Shown here: piece after piece, positions 1 through 12,714 of the stretch | Position numbering within the stretch: the stretch's first letter is position 1 | Layout of the letters: the number at the start of each line of letters is the position of its first letter | Assembly: GCA_950097015.1 (NCBI GenBank) | Contig: CATNEN010000039.1 | Coordinates: forward strand, 7,130,001 to 7,194,000 | Length of the DNA stretch: 64,000 nucleotides | From: Macrostomum hystrix | Taxonomy: Eukaryota > Animalia > Platyhelminthes | Direction: 5' to 3' | The notes under the pieces: model-generated | What the model saw: the letters and a program-made list of their open reading frames with translations, nothing else | Databases searched by the model: none | What the model was told of the DNA's origin: nothing | Position numbers and translations under genes: made by a program

Positions 1-99
1 CAATCAAATTCAAATGTTGAAGATTTGGCTTACTCATCTTTCAGTGAGCAGCGTATCTTGGCGAACGATTTCTTCCATTGGCCCTCGTTGCAAGAGACC

Positions 100-3000
100 A
101 TGGGGCGCGGACGTGGTCGTGGCACTGGTCGCAGTGCTTTCACTGATAAAAACTTAGATCACACGCATCAGCAGGGTTTCGATTATCAAGAGAGACCAAT
201 TGCAGTAAAAGACTACCAGTTCCAGTCTTCAGATGATGGAATCACTCAACACAGCTTCTTCGAAAGAGAATACGGCGAACAAGATATTCAAGGACATCAA
301 GATGCTCTGTTACTAGAAACAAAGGAAAAGGTACATAGCTTTGAAGAGCGTTCTGATTTAACCAAAAAACGAGACGGTTTGACTGGTGTCTCCGAAAAAC
401 GTGGCGGTGAATCCGGCTTTGCTGAAGAACAGGATCGCCACCCTGCCTTTACTGAAGGACGTGGCGGTGGACCTGGATTTTCTATGGGCCGTGGCAGTCG
501 ACCTGGATTTTCCATAGGCCGTGGCGGTGGACCCGGATTTTCTATTGGCCGAGGCGGTCGACCTGGAGTTACCGAAGGCCGTGGCGGTGGACCAGGATTG
601 TATGAAGGCCGTGGCAGTCGACCTGGATTTCCCGAAGCCCGTGGCGGTCGACCTGGATTTCCCGAAGCCCGTGGCGGTCGACCTGGATTTCCCGAAGGCC
701 GTGGTGGTAGACCTGGATTTACCGAAGGCCGTGGTGGTAGACCTGGATTTACCGAAGGCCGTGGTGGTGGACCAGGATTGTCTGAAGGCCGTGGCAGTCG
801 ACCTGGATTTCCTGAAGCCCGTGGCGGTCGACCTGGATTTCCTGAAGCCCGTGGCGGTCGACCTGGATTTCCTGAAGCCCGTGGCGGTCGACCTGGATTT
901 CATGAAGCCCGTGGCGGTCGACTTGGATTTAACGAAGGTCGTGGCGGACGACCTGGAATTTCCGAAGGTCGTGGTGGTCGAGCTGGTTTTACCGAAGGAC
1001 TGGGCGGTCGGCCTGGATTTAACGAAAGACGCGGTGGTCGGCCTGGCTTTACAGAAGGACGCGGCGGTCAACGTGGTACCATCGAAGCTCGTGGCGTTCG
1101 ACAAGGATTCAATGAAGGACAAGGCAAACAGTCAGGCTTCATTGAGGAAAAAGATAGCTTATTTCAGGAGCATGACCTTTTGTCTAGCCCTTTTGAAGGG
1201 CGAAGTGGTGGTGGAGAATCAAGTATTTTAGAAGAATCGGGCAGGCATGTGGACTTTCAGGAAAGCGGTCCTAGTCATGCAGACTTTAATGAGGGTGGAG
1301 GCGATAAAACTAGATTTCAAGGACGATCTAGCTTCTCTGATGAAATTGTTGGCGAGACTTGTCTTTTGAAACATCCTTACGAGCAACCTTTAGAATCTGG
1401 AGCTCTTTCTAAGTACGCATTCTCTGAACGAAAAGGCCATCTTTCTGGCTTTTCTGTGAGCCGAGATAGCGGTTCGAATCTCACTGAACAACATGTAACC
1501 CATGTCACGTCACAGAAAGGCAGCCACCCGTTTGGTTCTAAAGAATCCGGTGTTGCTAATAAGAGAATTTTTTCTGCTAGACAAAGCGGTGTTTCTGGCT
1601 TCTCTGAAAGTGGAGAAAATTTGTCCGATACCACCGAAAGGCGAGTCTCTCAGTCAAGCCTTCTGGATGGTCCTCCAGACCATCTTATTCGTTTTGATGG
1701 ACGAAGCCTATTATCTGCATCAGAAGTTCAATCTTCTGATTTCTCTATTGGCCAGGATGTTCGACACGAAGCTAGTTACTCTACTGGAAAGGGTGGACAG
1801 GCGATGCGGGGCATGTCTAGTGACCAAGCTACTCTGCCTGGCAGTTCAAATCGCTCGAATGAACACCGGTCTTCTGAACGGGATTTTCAAGCCTCGAATT
1901 GTCTACCTCTTACTCGCACATCACCACTGATGCTTCCGCCGACCAGACTTCCAGAAGAACCTCGTCCTTTGATGGAAAATGCACTTCAGCCAAGGCCTGA
2001 GTCATCTGGTATTTTTTCTAGTCAACGAATGGCACCTCCAAGACCAATCACGTCGAATGATTTGCTTCTAGCGCAGGCTCCTGCGTCACAGACCTCGACT
2101 GCTCAGTCCCCAAAGAAAGAATTAGAAGTCACAGCAGACGCTGTTGCGCCTTCTTCAAAACCAATTTCCGCGTCTGTCACCTCACGCGGTCGAGGTATAG
2201 GTTTTCGACGAAGCCGTTTTGACAACGTCAATGATAGCGCAAGTGTTGAGGTCAAATCCAATGATGGAGTTGAAATCGTATCGACGATTCCGTCGCAGCC
2301 ACCTGGAACTGGGCGTGGTATCGCTTTTGCATTGGCTCGTTCCCGGATGCCCGCGATTGGCGCTGTACTCAGATCACCTCAAGAGCCGCTACAAATGCAA
2401 CCCCAAAGGCAGTCACCGTTCCAACCACCGGAGCAGGATCCTATCTCTGCAATTCTTCGCAGCATCCGGAACAGCTGTGATTCTGGTGCATTATCTTCCG
2501 TGCCTCCACCCTATCGTCCCAGACCATGGCAGGTGTCTCAAACCGGGAGTAATGCTTCAACAATGTCAGTTCCTATGCTATCCATGCCTGAGACTGAGTC
2601 TGAGGCCAAACCTGACCAACCAGTTAATCAGCTTATTGTACCAACACCACAGTCACCAAAGCCGCTTGTAATTTCTCCTTCAAAAGTGGAGTCCTCTTGT
2701 AGTGCTATTATTTCATCCGAGGCTGCTTCCAAAGAAGCTGCGAAAACAGTTGCCAGTTTATTAACTGGTCCTAGTAAGTACATTCGTGGAAAAAACGACG
2801 TACACTACCTTGCTCTTCGTGACGTACCGCTTGATGCCCGGTATAACGATGTGATCGCCGCCCTACCGACTGGAGTTCGCCTCTCACACTCAAGCATTAA
2901 GTACGAAGCTGATGCGCTTCGACGCCGTACTGGCCATGCCTATATTCGCCTGATTAACCCAGCCGATCAGCGTCGTTGTCTTGACGCTCCCAAAGCATCG

Positions 3001-3963
3001 TCTAGTAAAATACATATTCGACAATCATGCGAGCACGAGTTTGTCAGCGCTAACGACCCAACACTGAGTAGTGAAAAACTTACGACGGAGACTAGTACAC
3101 CTCCGCTGAGTTATCCACCGTGTCCTTCACCCTACCACGATGATTGCTGCCTGGAGATTAGCGGTCTGCCGAAGCCTATTCTTCGCGAAGATATAGTATC
3201 TAATTTTGGCCAATCGGCTATCACTGATCCCGCAAATGATATTTTTATTGACCAAACAAAGTGCCTCTTAACGGCCACTGCTTATGTTCACTTCTCCTTA
3301 TATAGCGAATTCCAGTCTGCCCTCACTACCGATGCAGGGAAACTTTTTCCTGGAGCCTCAATGTGCGCCATATCAATGATTCAATTTCGAGAATATGCCA
3401 AAATCTCTCAAAAGGCGGCTGTTTCGCCACCAGGCGACATTAGTGTGGACTTCCGACTGACCCGTGAGCAACGTCTTGCTGCTAGTCGTGCTCAAAGCGG
3501 GGGTGATGTTAAGACTGACGATAGCAAAATGGTTTGCGTCGAGGTGCAGAACCTACCTCTAGATGCCACTACACAAGATCTACGCGACTTTTTCCATCCA
3601 TCTACTATCGAGCCAGACGCTATCCAGCTAATTGTGCGCGGCTCCTGTCTGCAGGCTTTCGTCCAATTCGTCGATGCCAAAGTAGCTTCCGAAGCCTTGA
3701 AAAACAACAAGCGCCGATTGCGCAGCGTGTCTCTCTCTCTGCGCTTGCGCTCTCTCGCTCAGCGAAGGGAGGCACTAGCTGTACTAGCTTCTAGCGCAAC
3801 AGCCGCCCTCCCAGAAATAGCAAAGGCATCCGACTCTAGTTGTAAGGAGGGCAGTGGCTCGCGACCACCTTTGCATAGGCAGTCGCCTTCATCTTCAGCC
3901 TCGAAATCTTCGACGAAGCGGTATAGGCGGCGTAGTCATGGCAAACGCAGCGACAAGCGCTAA
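100..3963 (+). CDS. RGG-repeat, three-RRM RNA-binding protein (RBM12/hnRNP F-H-like), single long coding exon
   Basis: The ORF track starts at TTG 25, but the first in-frame ATG is at 100, after an acceptor-like ctcatcttttcag (33-45). It has ~20 decapeptide GRGGRPGF(T/P)E repeats and a P/S/Q-rich linker. Three RRM-like units follow (YLALRDVPLDA..GHAYIRL; CLEISGLP..AYVHF; CVEVQNLPLDATTQDLRDFF..AFVQF), then a basic tail KRYRRRSHGKR. AATAAA lies at ~4123. Confidence 0.75.
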   Translation: MGRGRGRGTGRSAFTDKNLDHTHQQGFDYQERPIAVKDYQFQSSDDGITQHSFFEREYGEQDIQGHQDALLLETKEKVHSFEERSDLTKKRDGLTGVSEKRGGESGFAEEQDRHPAFTEGRGGGPGFSMGRGSRPGFSIGRGGGPGFSIGRGGRPGVTEGRGGGPGLYEGRGSRPGFPEARGGRPGFPEARGGRPGFPEGRGGRPGFTEGRGGRPGFTEGRGGGPGLSEGRGSRPGFPEARGGRPGFPEARGGRPGFPEARGGRPGFHEARGGRLGFNEGRGGRPGISEGRGGRAGFTEGLGGRPGFNERRGGRPGFTEGRGGQRGTIEARGVRQGFNEGQGKQSGFIEEKDSLFQEHDLLSSPFEGRSGGGESSILEESGRHVDFQESGPSHADFNEGGGDKTRFQGRSSFSDEIVGETCLLKHPYEQPLESGALSKYAFSERKGHLSGFSVSRDSGSNLTEQHVTHVTSQKGSHPFGSKESGVANKRIFSARQSGVSGFSESGENLSDTTERRVSQSSLLDGPPDHLIRFDGRSLLSASEVQSSDFSIGQDVRHEASYSTGKGGQAMRGMSSDQATLPGSSNRSNEHRSSERDFQASNCLPLTRTSPLMLPPTRLPEEPRPLMENALQPRPESSGIFSSQRMAPPRPITSNDLLLAQAPASQTSTAQSPKKELEVTADAVAPSSKPISASVTSRGRGIGFRRSRFDNVNDSASVEVKSNDGVEIVSTIPSQPPGTGRGIAFALARSRMPAIGAVLRSPQEPLQMQPQRQSPFQPPEQDPISAILRSIRNSCDSGALSSVPPPYRPRPWQVSQTGSNASTMSVPMLSMPETESEAKPDQPVNQLIVPTPQSPKPLVISPSKVESSCSAIISSEAASKEAAKTVASLLTGPSKYIRGKNDVHYLALRDVPLDARYNDVIAALPTGVRLSHSSIKYEADALRRRTGHAYIRLINPADQRRCLDAPKASSSKIHIRQSCEHEFVSANDPTLSSEKLTTETSTPPLSYPPCPSPYHDDCCLEISGLPKPILREDIVSNFGQSAITDPANDIFIDQTKCLLTATAYVHFSLYSEFQSALTTDAGKLFPGASMCAISMIQFREYAKISQKAAVSPPGDISVDFRLTREQRLAASRAQSGGDVKTDDSKMVCVEVQNLPLDATTQDLRDFFHPSTIEPDAIQLIVRGSCLQAFVQFVDAKVASEALKNNKRRLRSVSLSLRLRSLAQRREALAVLASSATAALPEIAKASDSSCKEGSGSRPPLHRQSPSSSASKSSTKRYRRRSHGKRSDKR
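454..1080 (+). repeat. Coding 30-bp tandem repeat (~20 copies) encoding the RGG/FG decapeptide
   Basis: The unit gaaggccgtggcggtcgacctggatttacc repeats in frame with variants. Confidence 0.9.
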
Positions 3964-5369
3964 GGGTGCATCAAAATATTACCCTTTGTTGATGTTGATC
4001 TAAGCATGGTGAGGCTCAGTCTTAAGACTGTTCGATTATTTTAATTTGGGTCTCAGGGAGTAAAAATACATTAAAAGGCAGATTTTTTAACTATGAATGA
4101 AAATGAAAATAATTTGTCGCTAAATAAAGAATTAACTTTCTTTCAGTAAGCTAGACACAGATTTTACGAATTCCCCTACATTTCTCTCTTCGATTCAAAG
4201 ACGCTTTTGATTGCAAGGAACTTGATTCAGTTAAAAGTATTTTAGCTAAAAATCCGGGCTGTTGCTATCAAGGTGTCATCGTCAGCTTCTTTCTGTCTGT
4301 TTGCTGCAACTGTGAAAATATTGACCATGACAGGGACCATGACATTGTCGGGGACAGGGACGGGGCCATTTCGCATTCCGACAATTAATCTTTCACTCAG
4401 TTTAATTCCTAAACCTAGTGCTACGCGCACTTAAGCCAAGATCTTAGCGGCACTCTAAATTCAGACCGAAAAAGCCATTGGTATGGGGGGTGAGTGGCAG
4501 AGCTGTCGATCCGTTTGCCTCTTGCACTCAGGTCCCTGAGCAGATTTCGCAGATTTCCGCACATTCTGAGGCGCTGCCGCAGAGAGAAGGCTTGGGGACC
4601 TATCGTGCAATTCAAGCCCTTAAGAGTCAGTCTCCAAGGCACAATGAAAGTGTACACTGACTGACGATGAGACAGTCAGGCAGATGTACACACCTTTTTG
4701 AGCGTATGCCAGCGTACAGTATCCGTGTCTGTGTGTGCTCAAGAGTCAGCGGAATGGGCAGAATTGCCTCTTATTTTCGGGCGTGCTCAGGTTGCCGCCC
4801 ACGGCACCGGGCATCAGAGGACGCCCGCCTTACCGAGGAGGAGAGTTCTAAGAATTGCCTCCTCGTTGGCTGTGGGTCTACTGTCACAAAATAATGTACA
4901 ATTGCCCGCAGCCCTCCTGCAATTGTTATTTTTATTTCGTTCGTTTCTAATGACATACTAACGTCGGTGAGACAGCGTCGAGAACCTTTGAAAGGAGCCT
5001 CGTGTTCGTTCACCTCCGTGTTCACTCAATTGCTCGGGCGCAAGTGTTAAACATCGTTGACTGTCTGCTGATAGTGTCATGTGGCGTTATGCCACTAAGT
5101 CTGGTCGCCCACAATCAGGCACAGGACATGGCCAAATGACTCACAATTTAGTGGATGATAAACCGTCTCTGAGTAGTGCTGAAAGCGGAGATAACCAGCA
5201 GTCAACCCATCGGTGGCAGAGCGGCACCCGGCGACGTAAAGCTAGACGCCATTTTCAGAATTAAAATGAGTCCGCCTGTCATTGCATAGCTCTAGGCACT
5301 CATCTAGAAGTCTTGGAATTAAAACCGACAAAATACTAAAATTTACTCATGAGTAACTAAAAACAAGCA

Positions 5370-5545
5370 GTGGGGGTCAGTTGCAGAGCGGCTAACGTGT
5401 TTGCCTGTCGCGACAACGTCCCTGAGCTTGATTCCGTGGCGATTCCACACCTTGACATAATACTCGTGGTAGTAAAAAAAACCCAAATGCAAAAGCGGAA
5501 CAGCAGCGTTATAGCATGAATAACCGGCGCTAGCCGTCCCTATAA
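5370..5545 (+). mobile_element. Possible degenerate tRNA-derived SINE (a family distinct from the 48.6-kb SINE)
   Basis: The head gggggtcagttgcagagcggctaacg resembles an A-box and gagcttgattcc resembles a B-box, at tRNA-like spacing. Only one copy is seen in the window. Confidence 0.3.
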
Positions 5546-8500
5546 TCTTCTGAGCATAAATTTATTTGACTTATTTGTTCAATTTGCCTGTCAAATTGAA
5601 TTTTGACTGGCATAATGAAGCAATGGTATTAGGGTGAAACGGGTAGAGTGAAAGTTAGAAGTTAAAAACGAGTAAGCAAGTCTACTCAATGTAACTACAA
5701 ATTGCCTTACGCTAATAACACTCATGGTTGGCCTTTTGTTTATGGAAACAGGCCATTTTTAACTTTTTACTGGGTCTTATATACCTAAGTTTAGTAAAAA
5801 ACTTTTTTCCTGAAGTTTTATCAGTAAAATCATGTGTTCAATCAAAGGCAGTGCGGATCGGAGTCTTCTTATTGTCGGATGTTGGCTCAGTTATCTTCAT
5901 TCGTTCATTTTCATGAGGCTCGTTCGAGCATCAGTTGTCTGCACTTTCTTGAAGTCCTTTAGGTGAGACAAAGCCACTAAAATGCAGTGATCTTAGCCCC
6001 TCTGTGATTATGATTTGTTGCAATCTCAACTCAATGCTCAGGAAATTTTACGAACCGGAAGAAGCTGGTCGAGCTGTCGAGTAACCAGTGGAGGTATCTG
6101 CCTCCCACATGTTTATGCAACATTTAGGCTTGATCTATTTTTCTAGTGGCTTTTGCTCATGCATTACAACTTTCATTTCCAAGAATCATCCGTGCCTACT
6201 GTCATGATCTGCATAAGAATATAATGAAGTAGGCGTAGGAACGAGGACTGGGCCACGGCCTGCCACTTTAATCGCTCTTCGCCTATGCTTATTGAATGAC
6301 AAAATCATCAATAAGCTAAAATGTCGCTCTGTAGTCATCTGGCCAGCAAGGTGTTCTGAAATTGTCCTAGTAGAAACGCGCGAAACCCTTACCTTCAAAT
6401 TTCGGGCCTTGCCTGCTGAATAGTTAAGGGGCTTCAATCTAGCTCGTATGCCTTAACCGCGGCCTGCTCAGTTGACGCAAACAACCAGAAAATCTTTAAG
6501 TTCGACAAACCGCATGTTGAGAAGCAAGTTATTTGTCTTCTGATCCTATAGTTCAGCTTGACACCGTCAGTTAATTGCTGACTGCTTGCAGATTTGTGCT
6601 GTAGCGTCCGGCAAATCGTCCTGAATGTTATAGCGCAAAGTGTATTGTCATACATTCTTTAAGTGGCTATAATCTTTATCAACTAACTTTACCAAAACAA
6701 TCCCGGTCTCTTTTTAAAATAATTAAAACGCTCAGTGCGATGTGGAGGGCATTGGCTGCCCAAAAGCTCGATTGAAGGGCACAGCTAAAATGAAAATCAA
6801 ATCAGCTTTGTGGTGACGAATGGTTCCTGTTCTGGCAGTCAAGTTTTCTGCCTACTAATAAAACTACTGTGGCAGTTAGGAGCCAAAACTTAAATATGCA
6901 TTTTTACGTTGAAGTGGTGGAAAGTTACATGTACCTATGCGATTGAAAAAACGAACATAATAATTCATCGAGGGTCGTAATGATAATTTAATTATTCCTA
7001 AGACAAGTCGCTGCATCTTACTGTTCTCCAAAACTTTCAGTCTAATTATCCTGGCACTCCAGCTCGTCACTAGAGCGCATTTAAGGCCATCAATCGTGCG
7101 GCAACAGAGAGAACAACGAATATTCCGCTGCTACGTGCCAATGTGTTGTCATAATATTTAATATATGTACGTCACTAACAATTGTCAGTGTTATTTTGAT
7201 CAGAGGCGCGTGTATGATTGTTGCGCCTCTGATTTATATGCGCCTTGAAATTTGAAATTTTGAAATTTAAAATGAAATTTTAAAAGCTCTAGCCTGTTCA
7301 GAATCAGAACTTGGGGTGCATTATCAAACATCAAAAGCTCGGGAACAAAGCTATGATCTATTTTTAGGACCAGAAACTGAATTTTTGAGGTATCATAAAA
7401 TAACTGACGTACTGTTAACGTTCTTCAAGCATTTACGCTTTTGCAAATTCAGTCCTACCGTTCACTCTGCTGGCACTTTGACAAGTTCTGCGAGGCGGAT
7501 GTTGACCATTGATCGCGTACAGCTGGTTCAAAGCAACATATGCCCACAGAGCTACTTATGGTAATATGATTGTGTCTAATGGAGAAGTTCGAGTTTTAAG
7601 AATTGAAATCGTGATTTCGCTTGATCCTAAATGAGTAGAATCGGCAACGATCTGAAAGTTAAGTTTAACTCCATATTAGCCTCTAGCTGTGGTAACGTAG
7701 AGTGGAGTTACTTTTTTAAAACTGGCAGTGCAAATCCATGGCTAGCTAAAAATCCCCAAAACAACTTTGATTAAGTATCAAACTACGGTAAGCGAATCAG
7801 AGCTGCGTACTCGTTGCTAGTTTCCCTGGTTAAAAGTACTATTTTGAAGGTACTTTTGGTTAGCTTTCATGTACTTTTGTGTGCACCAAATTGTGCTTTA
7901 GTAGGAATAGTAGCATGTCGAAAAGTGAGGTATAACAACTGCGAAAACCGCTTTTTTACGTCATCTATTTTTCTTACCGTTATTATCAGAACCTCGTTTA
8001 TTGCTTTGATCGGCAGTTTAACCATGAGCCCCCGAGGTCCTTCCGCCATTCTGTCCACCCATAGTGCCGATCATATGCTCTCCTTCCTAAAAATGTAATT
8101 CGGATCTTAATACTACTAATTTAACAGCTTACTTTCAGTAGTAAACTCGTAGATAAATCTGAATGAAAATTCATCAGTTTCGGAGGCAGTAGACTATTCC
8201 CTTCGCTTGTCAAAATTTCTTGTTACATCTAATAATTTATCGCAGTTTTTACTGACTAACCACGAGTTAGGTGCACTGTGAGCAGTTTAATTAAAATACA
8301 TCGTTTTGCATACTCTCGAGCAATTTCATTTTCCGTTAGTTTTTCATTATATTTGTCTGCTAGTTTACCTTGTTTGTTACTCTCTTACTTTTATGTTGTT
8401 GTGAGGTGTGCGTGTTAATTAATTAAAAAGGAGCTGTTACTTATGTATTGTTCTGTTTGTGCATGCTTTGTTTCTATCACAGTTTTTAAAAAATAAGATA

Positions 8501-9036
8501 ACACGATGCATTAAATACATGTTATTCATACGAATTCTTCATGTAATTCAAGTGCGCGGTGCTATTATAACAAGCTTGTGGATGTTAACATGTTCAATAT
8601 ATTGCGCAACTGTTTGTTGCATTAATTATAATACTAAAAGTATATTTGTTTCTAAGCTTCGGTTTTTTCTTTTGGCCGGCATTAAGTTTACATGTACATT
8701 GCATAACATGTGCGAAATTTTCCTCGCATAATGCGTAGCTAATACTGCCGGTGAGATGAAGTCAACTTATAAATATTCTGGCTGTAGATTAAGCATCGCA
8801 TAAGTAATATATATCATGGTTTTTAGGTCGGTATGTGTTTAAATCTCGAGAGCCGAAGGCTGAAATACCGACCATAAAAGACAATGACATTATCTATCTT
8901 TTACTACTTTCATTTCCAGGATTTATTCGAAAAAATCCCTGAAACTTATTACTTCCTTCCTTCCTTCGCTGATTTTGTCGAAGGCTGCGAGTAAATCAGT
9001 CTAACAGCCAGGCACAGCCTAAGGGACTCTACATGT

Positions 9037-9480
9037 AGCAGCACAGAGGTCTGCTCTTTAATTTTGTCTATGGCTGTGAGTCTGTGTATACCAGCCTGTA
9101 TAAGACTAGCAGCACAGAGGTCTGCTCTTTCATTTTGTCTATGGCTGTGAGTCTATGTATACCAGCCTGTATAAGACTAGCAGCACAGAGGTCTGCTCTT
9201 TCATTTTGTCTATGGCTGTGAGTCTGTGTATACCAGTCTGTATAAGACTAGCAGCACAGAGGTCTGCTCTTTCATTTTGTCTATGGCTGTGAGTCTGTGT
9301 ATACCAGTCTGTATAAGACTAACAGCACAGAGGTCTGCTCTTTCATTTTGTCTATGGCTGTGAGTCTGTGTATACCAGTCTGTATAAGACTAACAGCACA
9401 GAGGTCTGCTCTTTCATTTTGTCTATGGCTGTGAGTCTGTGTATACCAGTCTGTATAAGACTAACAGCACAGAGGTCTGG
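9037..9480. repeat. 71-bp minisatellite, ~6 copies
   Basis: gcacagaggt recurs at 9041, 9112 and onward with period 71. Confidence 0.95.
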
Positions 9481-12400
9481 TCTGGGCAATTATTTATTTC
9501 TTCTTTGCCATCAGTTGAACGCTTGAACGGCCCACTTGTTGCGTTTTAGAGTGTTTTGAGCCTTCGTGCTCCGATTGAGATTGCGAATTTCATCTAATAC
9601 TGCCTCAGAATTGCCACGGACTTCTCGTGGTATAAAGCTATACTACTTTTAAAGGCTTTTTCCGGTAGATTATTCAATTCTCAGTTGTATTTCTCAGTCC
9701 TTTCTACTTGAATTTCTAACAGTTGCGGGATTTAGTCGAAACAGTTATGACTTCATCAAACAGTTGTCTGATGAAGTGTGTATATTAACGACCTGTCTAA
9801 TAAATTGGTTTCAGAGAAGGCCCCCACGTTTTAAATACCCTTTATTTTCTTGGGTACTCTGACAAACGGAACTCGCTGGCGCTAGCCCTTCTATATTCAA
9901 CCTCCGAGCAGCTATAATGAGGGGACGTTAACTACTACCTTGATATCTGTGATGCGGGTCATTGCAACTGCATTAAGGTCCTGCCTTTCTGGTCTAACTC
10001 TTTGCATTGGGGGTTAACACTGGCAGGGATAGGAAGAGAGGCCCGCCTATCACTCTTGGATCTGGAAATGCTAAATGGTTAAGGCTTAACGAATCATAAT
10101 CAGATGTCCCGTGTAGGGGTTAGCAGAACCTCACCAACACTGACGAGATAGGAGGGCATGATAAATACATTCAAATACATCACAAATACATCATAAATAC
10201 ATCATAAGGTGGAATAAATTGGGGCTGAACGGGGCGTGGCGCAGGCAGCCAATCCGAGTGGGGATGAGGGTTAGAGGTAAGCGACGCAGTCAACAGGTAT
10301 GAAAATTAATCTATGGGGGGCAGGGATACAAAGGAATTGCAGGGCTAGAGCATATTAGCGATAAAACTGCCGCGCGCCTTTGGATAGGGAAGGATGTGCC
10401 ACTGGGCCCAAGCAAGTTGTTTTTGCTTCATCTTATGAATATGTCATAGCATGTTTTAGTTTATTGGAATTACTTTATGACTTTTCATAGCTATTATGCT
10501 CATTAGCTCATTATCTCACAGCTATAATTAGCTCAGGTAACAGTGCTGTAAGTGTGCTAACGGAATAATTTCGAAAACCCCTTCGAAATACGAGAGCTGT
10601 CGGTTGATAGCAGCAATTCTGTAAAATAATTGTATCCCATTCGTGTGTAGGGTATAAGTATTTATCAGCACATTTATCAGATTGCCAAAGCCCATACTCA
10701 CCCTGAGCCCTCTTATTTTCCACCTATCTCGGCTATAGTGCGGCAGAGTTGCATAAAGTCATACTACTCCGGAAGGTTCAGACGGAGAACAGCACGGAAC
10801 GGCATAGGTAGACGACGGGTTGGTTTGCTCGAACTGCGCGCCGCACCACTCGCTTAAATAGAGCCCAGAGTCGCGCTCACGCCTAAAGTGATCGCGTGAT
10901 CAGCCCGACCTTGACCGAAATGTTGGACAGCCAGATCACGTGCCTGGACTGCCGATCGGTGATTGGTTGGTAAGGGAGTGGGGTGGGTGCGGGTAAGTAA
11001 GTAAGTAAAAAAAATTTACGAGCCGGAGCGCTCACGCAGCACGCTCGAGAGAGCGTGAGCGCACAAATAAAAGTAGGGCCGACGCCGCCACCCCCAACCA
11101 AACCACCCCACCTGCCGGCCGGCACCAAGCACCCCACCTTGCGGCAGGGATGCACACGCGCGAGCCGCACGCACAGACAGGCGGAGGGTCGGCCCAGTCG
11201 GCTAAACACGATTAAAGAGCCAGTTAAAACCGACCCCGAAATCGCAACCTTATGACAGAAAAACAAAGAAAGAATTAGGGAGGTGGGTGTGTAAATTTCT
11301 AAAAATATGAAATGATTTATGACTATGCGCGCAATTGAAAAGGGAGGAGGGGTGGGTCGCATGACAGTTGGAAGAGTCATAAACCATTGGGAAGGGAGTG
11401 AGGTGGGCGCAATTAGACAGCGAAAAGATAATAAAAAGAACATATACGACAGGGAAGGGTTTTGACATCTCAAGGCCACCGACGATGAGTCATCGGGGAG
11501 AGAAGGGAAAGGGAAGTGAAGGGACGCAGAGAAAGCAGGGAAAGCAGGTAAGCTATCCTAAAAAATATTAATATGCCCCCTAAAGTCGCTGTTACATGAC
11601 ATGTTATAAATATGTGTAAGATTTGTTTATCGGTCATTACTGAAATCATTTGTTGTAATCTTCAACATCGTCCACTTGTTTAGACTCCGTTATCATTATA
11701 CCACTCACTGATCTTTAACATTTCGGGCTTGGGCTTAGTAGCCATGAGATCACATAAAGATTTTAGATTAGATTGATAATATTGATGATTGATGACAATA
11801 GAAAATTGTCGTTAGAGTAAGGTAACAGTCTGCTTGTCAGTCTATGGATTGACCAAAAAATATTTCGCGAAATTTGGAGTTCGCAGCTTAAACAAAAAAG
11901 TTCTAATCAAAATGAATGCAAAACGTATCAATGTAAAACAAGGAAATTAAAATATATAGTTTGCTAATTATATATAAATTATATATAAATTTGGCTATTT
12001 TTTCGTACTATATAGTGATTCGAAAAAATCGACAATAGAAAATATTATTTTGCAACAAAATAAATTACAGTGCTGCTAATTTCTTATTCAGTTTTTCGGA
12101 AACTAGAATCCGAAATGTACACTGTTGGTAACGACTACCCGCCCGTGGTAACGCAAAAAAGTAACGTTGCAAAAAGTAACGCTCGTTACCAAATTGGTAA
12201 CTAGCAACGAGTAACGCGCCAAACACTGGATTATACGAGTAGGTTTTAGTGAAGTTAGCTTTTTGTTTTTCTTCTTTAAGCACAGCTCATTAGCTAAAGC
12301 AGACAACTTGAAATACTAGAGTACGGAAATTGAGGTATAGCGTGGGGAGTAGTCTCGTTAGAATATATTACGGGCGTAATTATAACCAGAGCTTTATGAA

Positions 12401-12714
12401 ATGGAGCCTCCAACCAATCAAATCATCATGCCAGCTCTTTAGTGTCTACTTACATTCTGAAATTAGCCCCTATACGAATAAACCAATCACACTGCGAGTC
12501 AACAAAGTGCTCTACGCGCAAGCATTGTACTGCTGCCAATGGAGTTTACATTTTCTAACCGCTTTATGTCTAGGGGTCGGAAAGAAATTGCTTTGTATTT
12601 GTATGTGCTCAAAATCAGTTGCTAAGCGACACGGGAAGGGTGAATCTTAATTTTATGATATATAAAACATAAAAATCGTTCTATAAGTCGCTTCATCGTC
12701 GGAATACAGCTCTC

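Noticed and set aside
25-99. TTG start of the 1312-aa ORF
   Set aside because: This is a eukaryotic gene, an acceptor lies at 44-45, and the first ATG is at 100.
358-1231. Overlapping ORFs 358-1122 (-) and 521-1231 (+)
   Set aside because: They are shadow frames of the 30-bp coding repeat.
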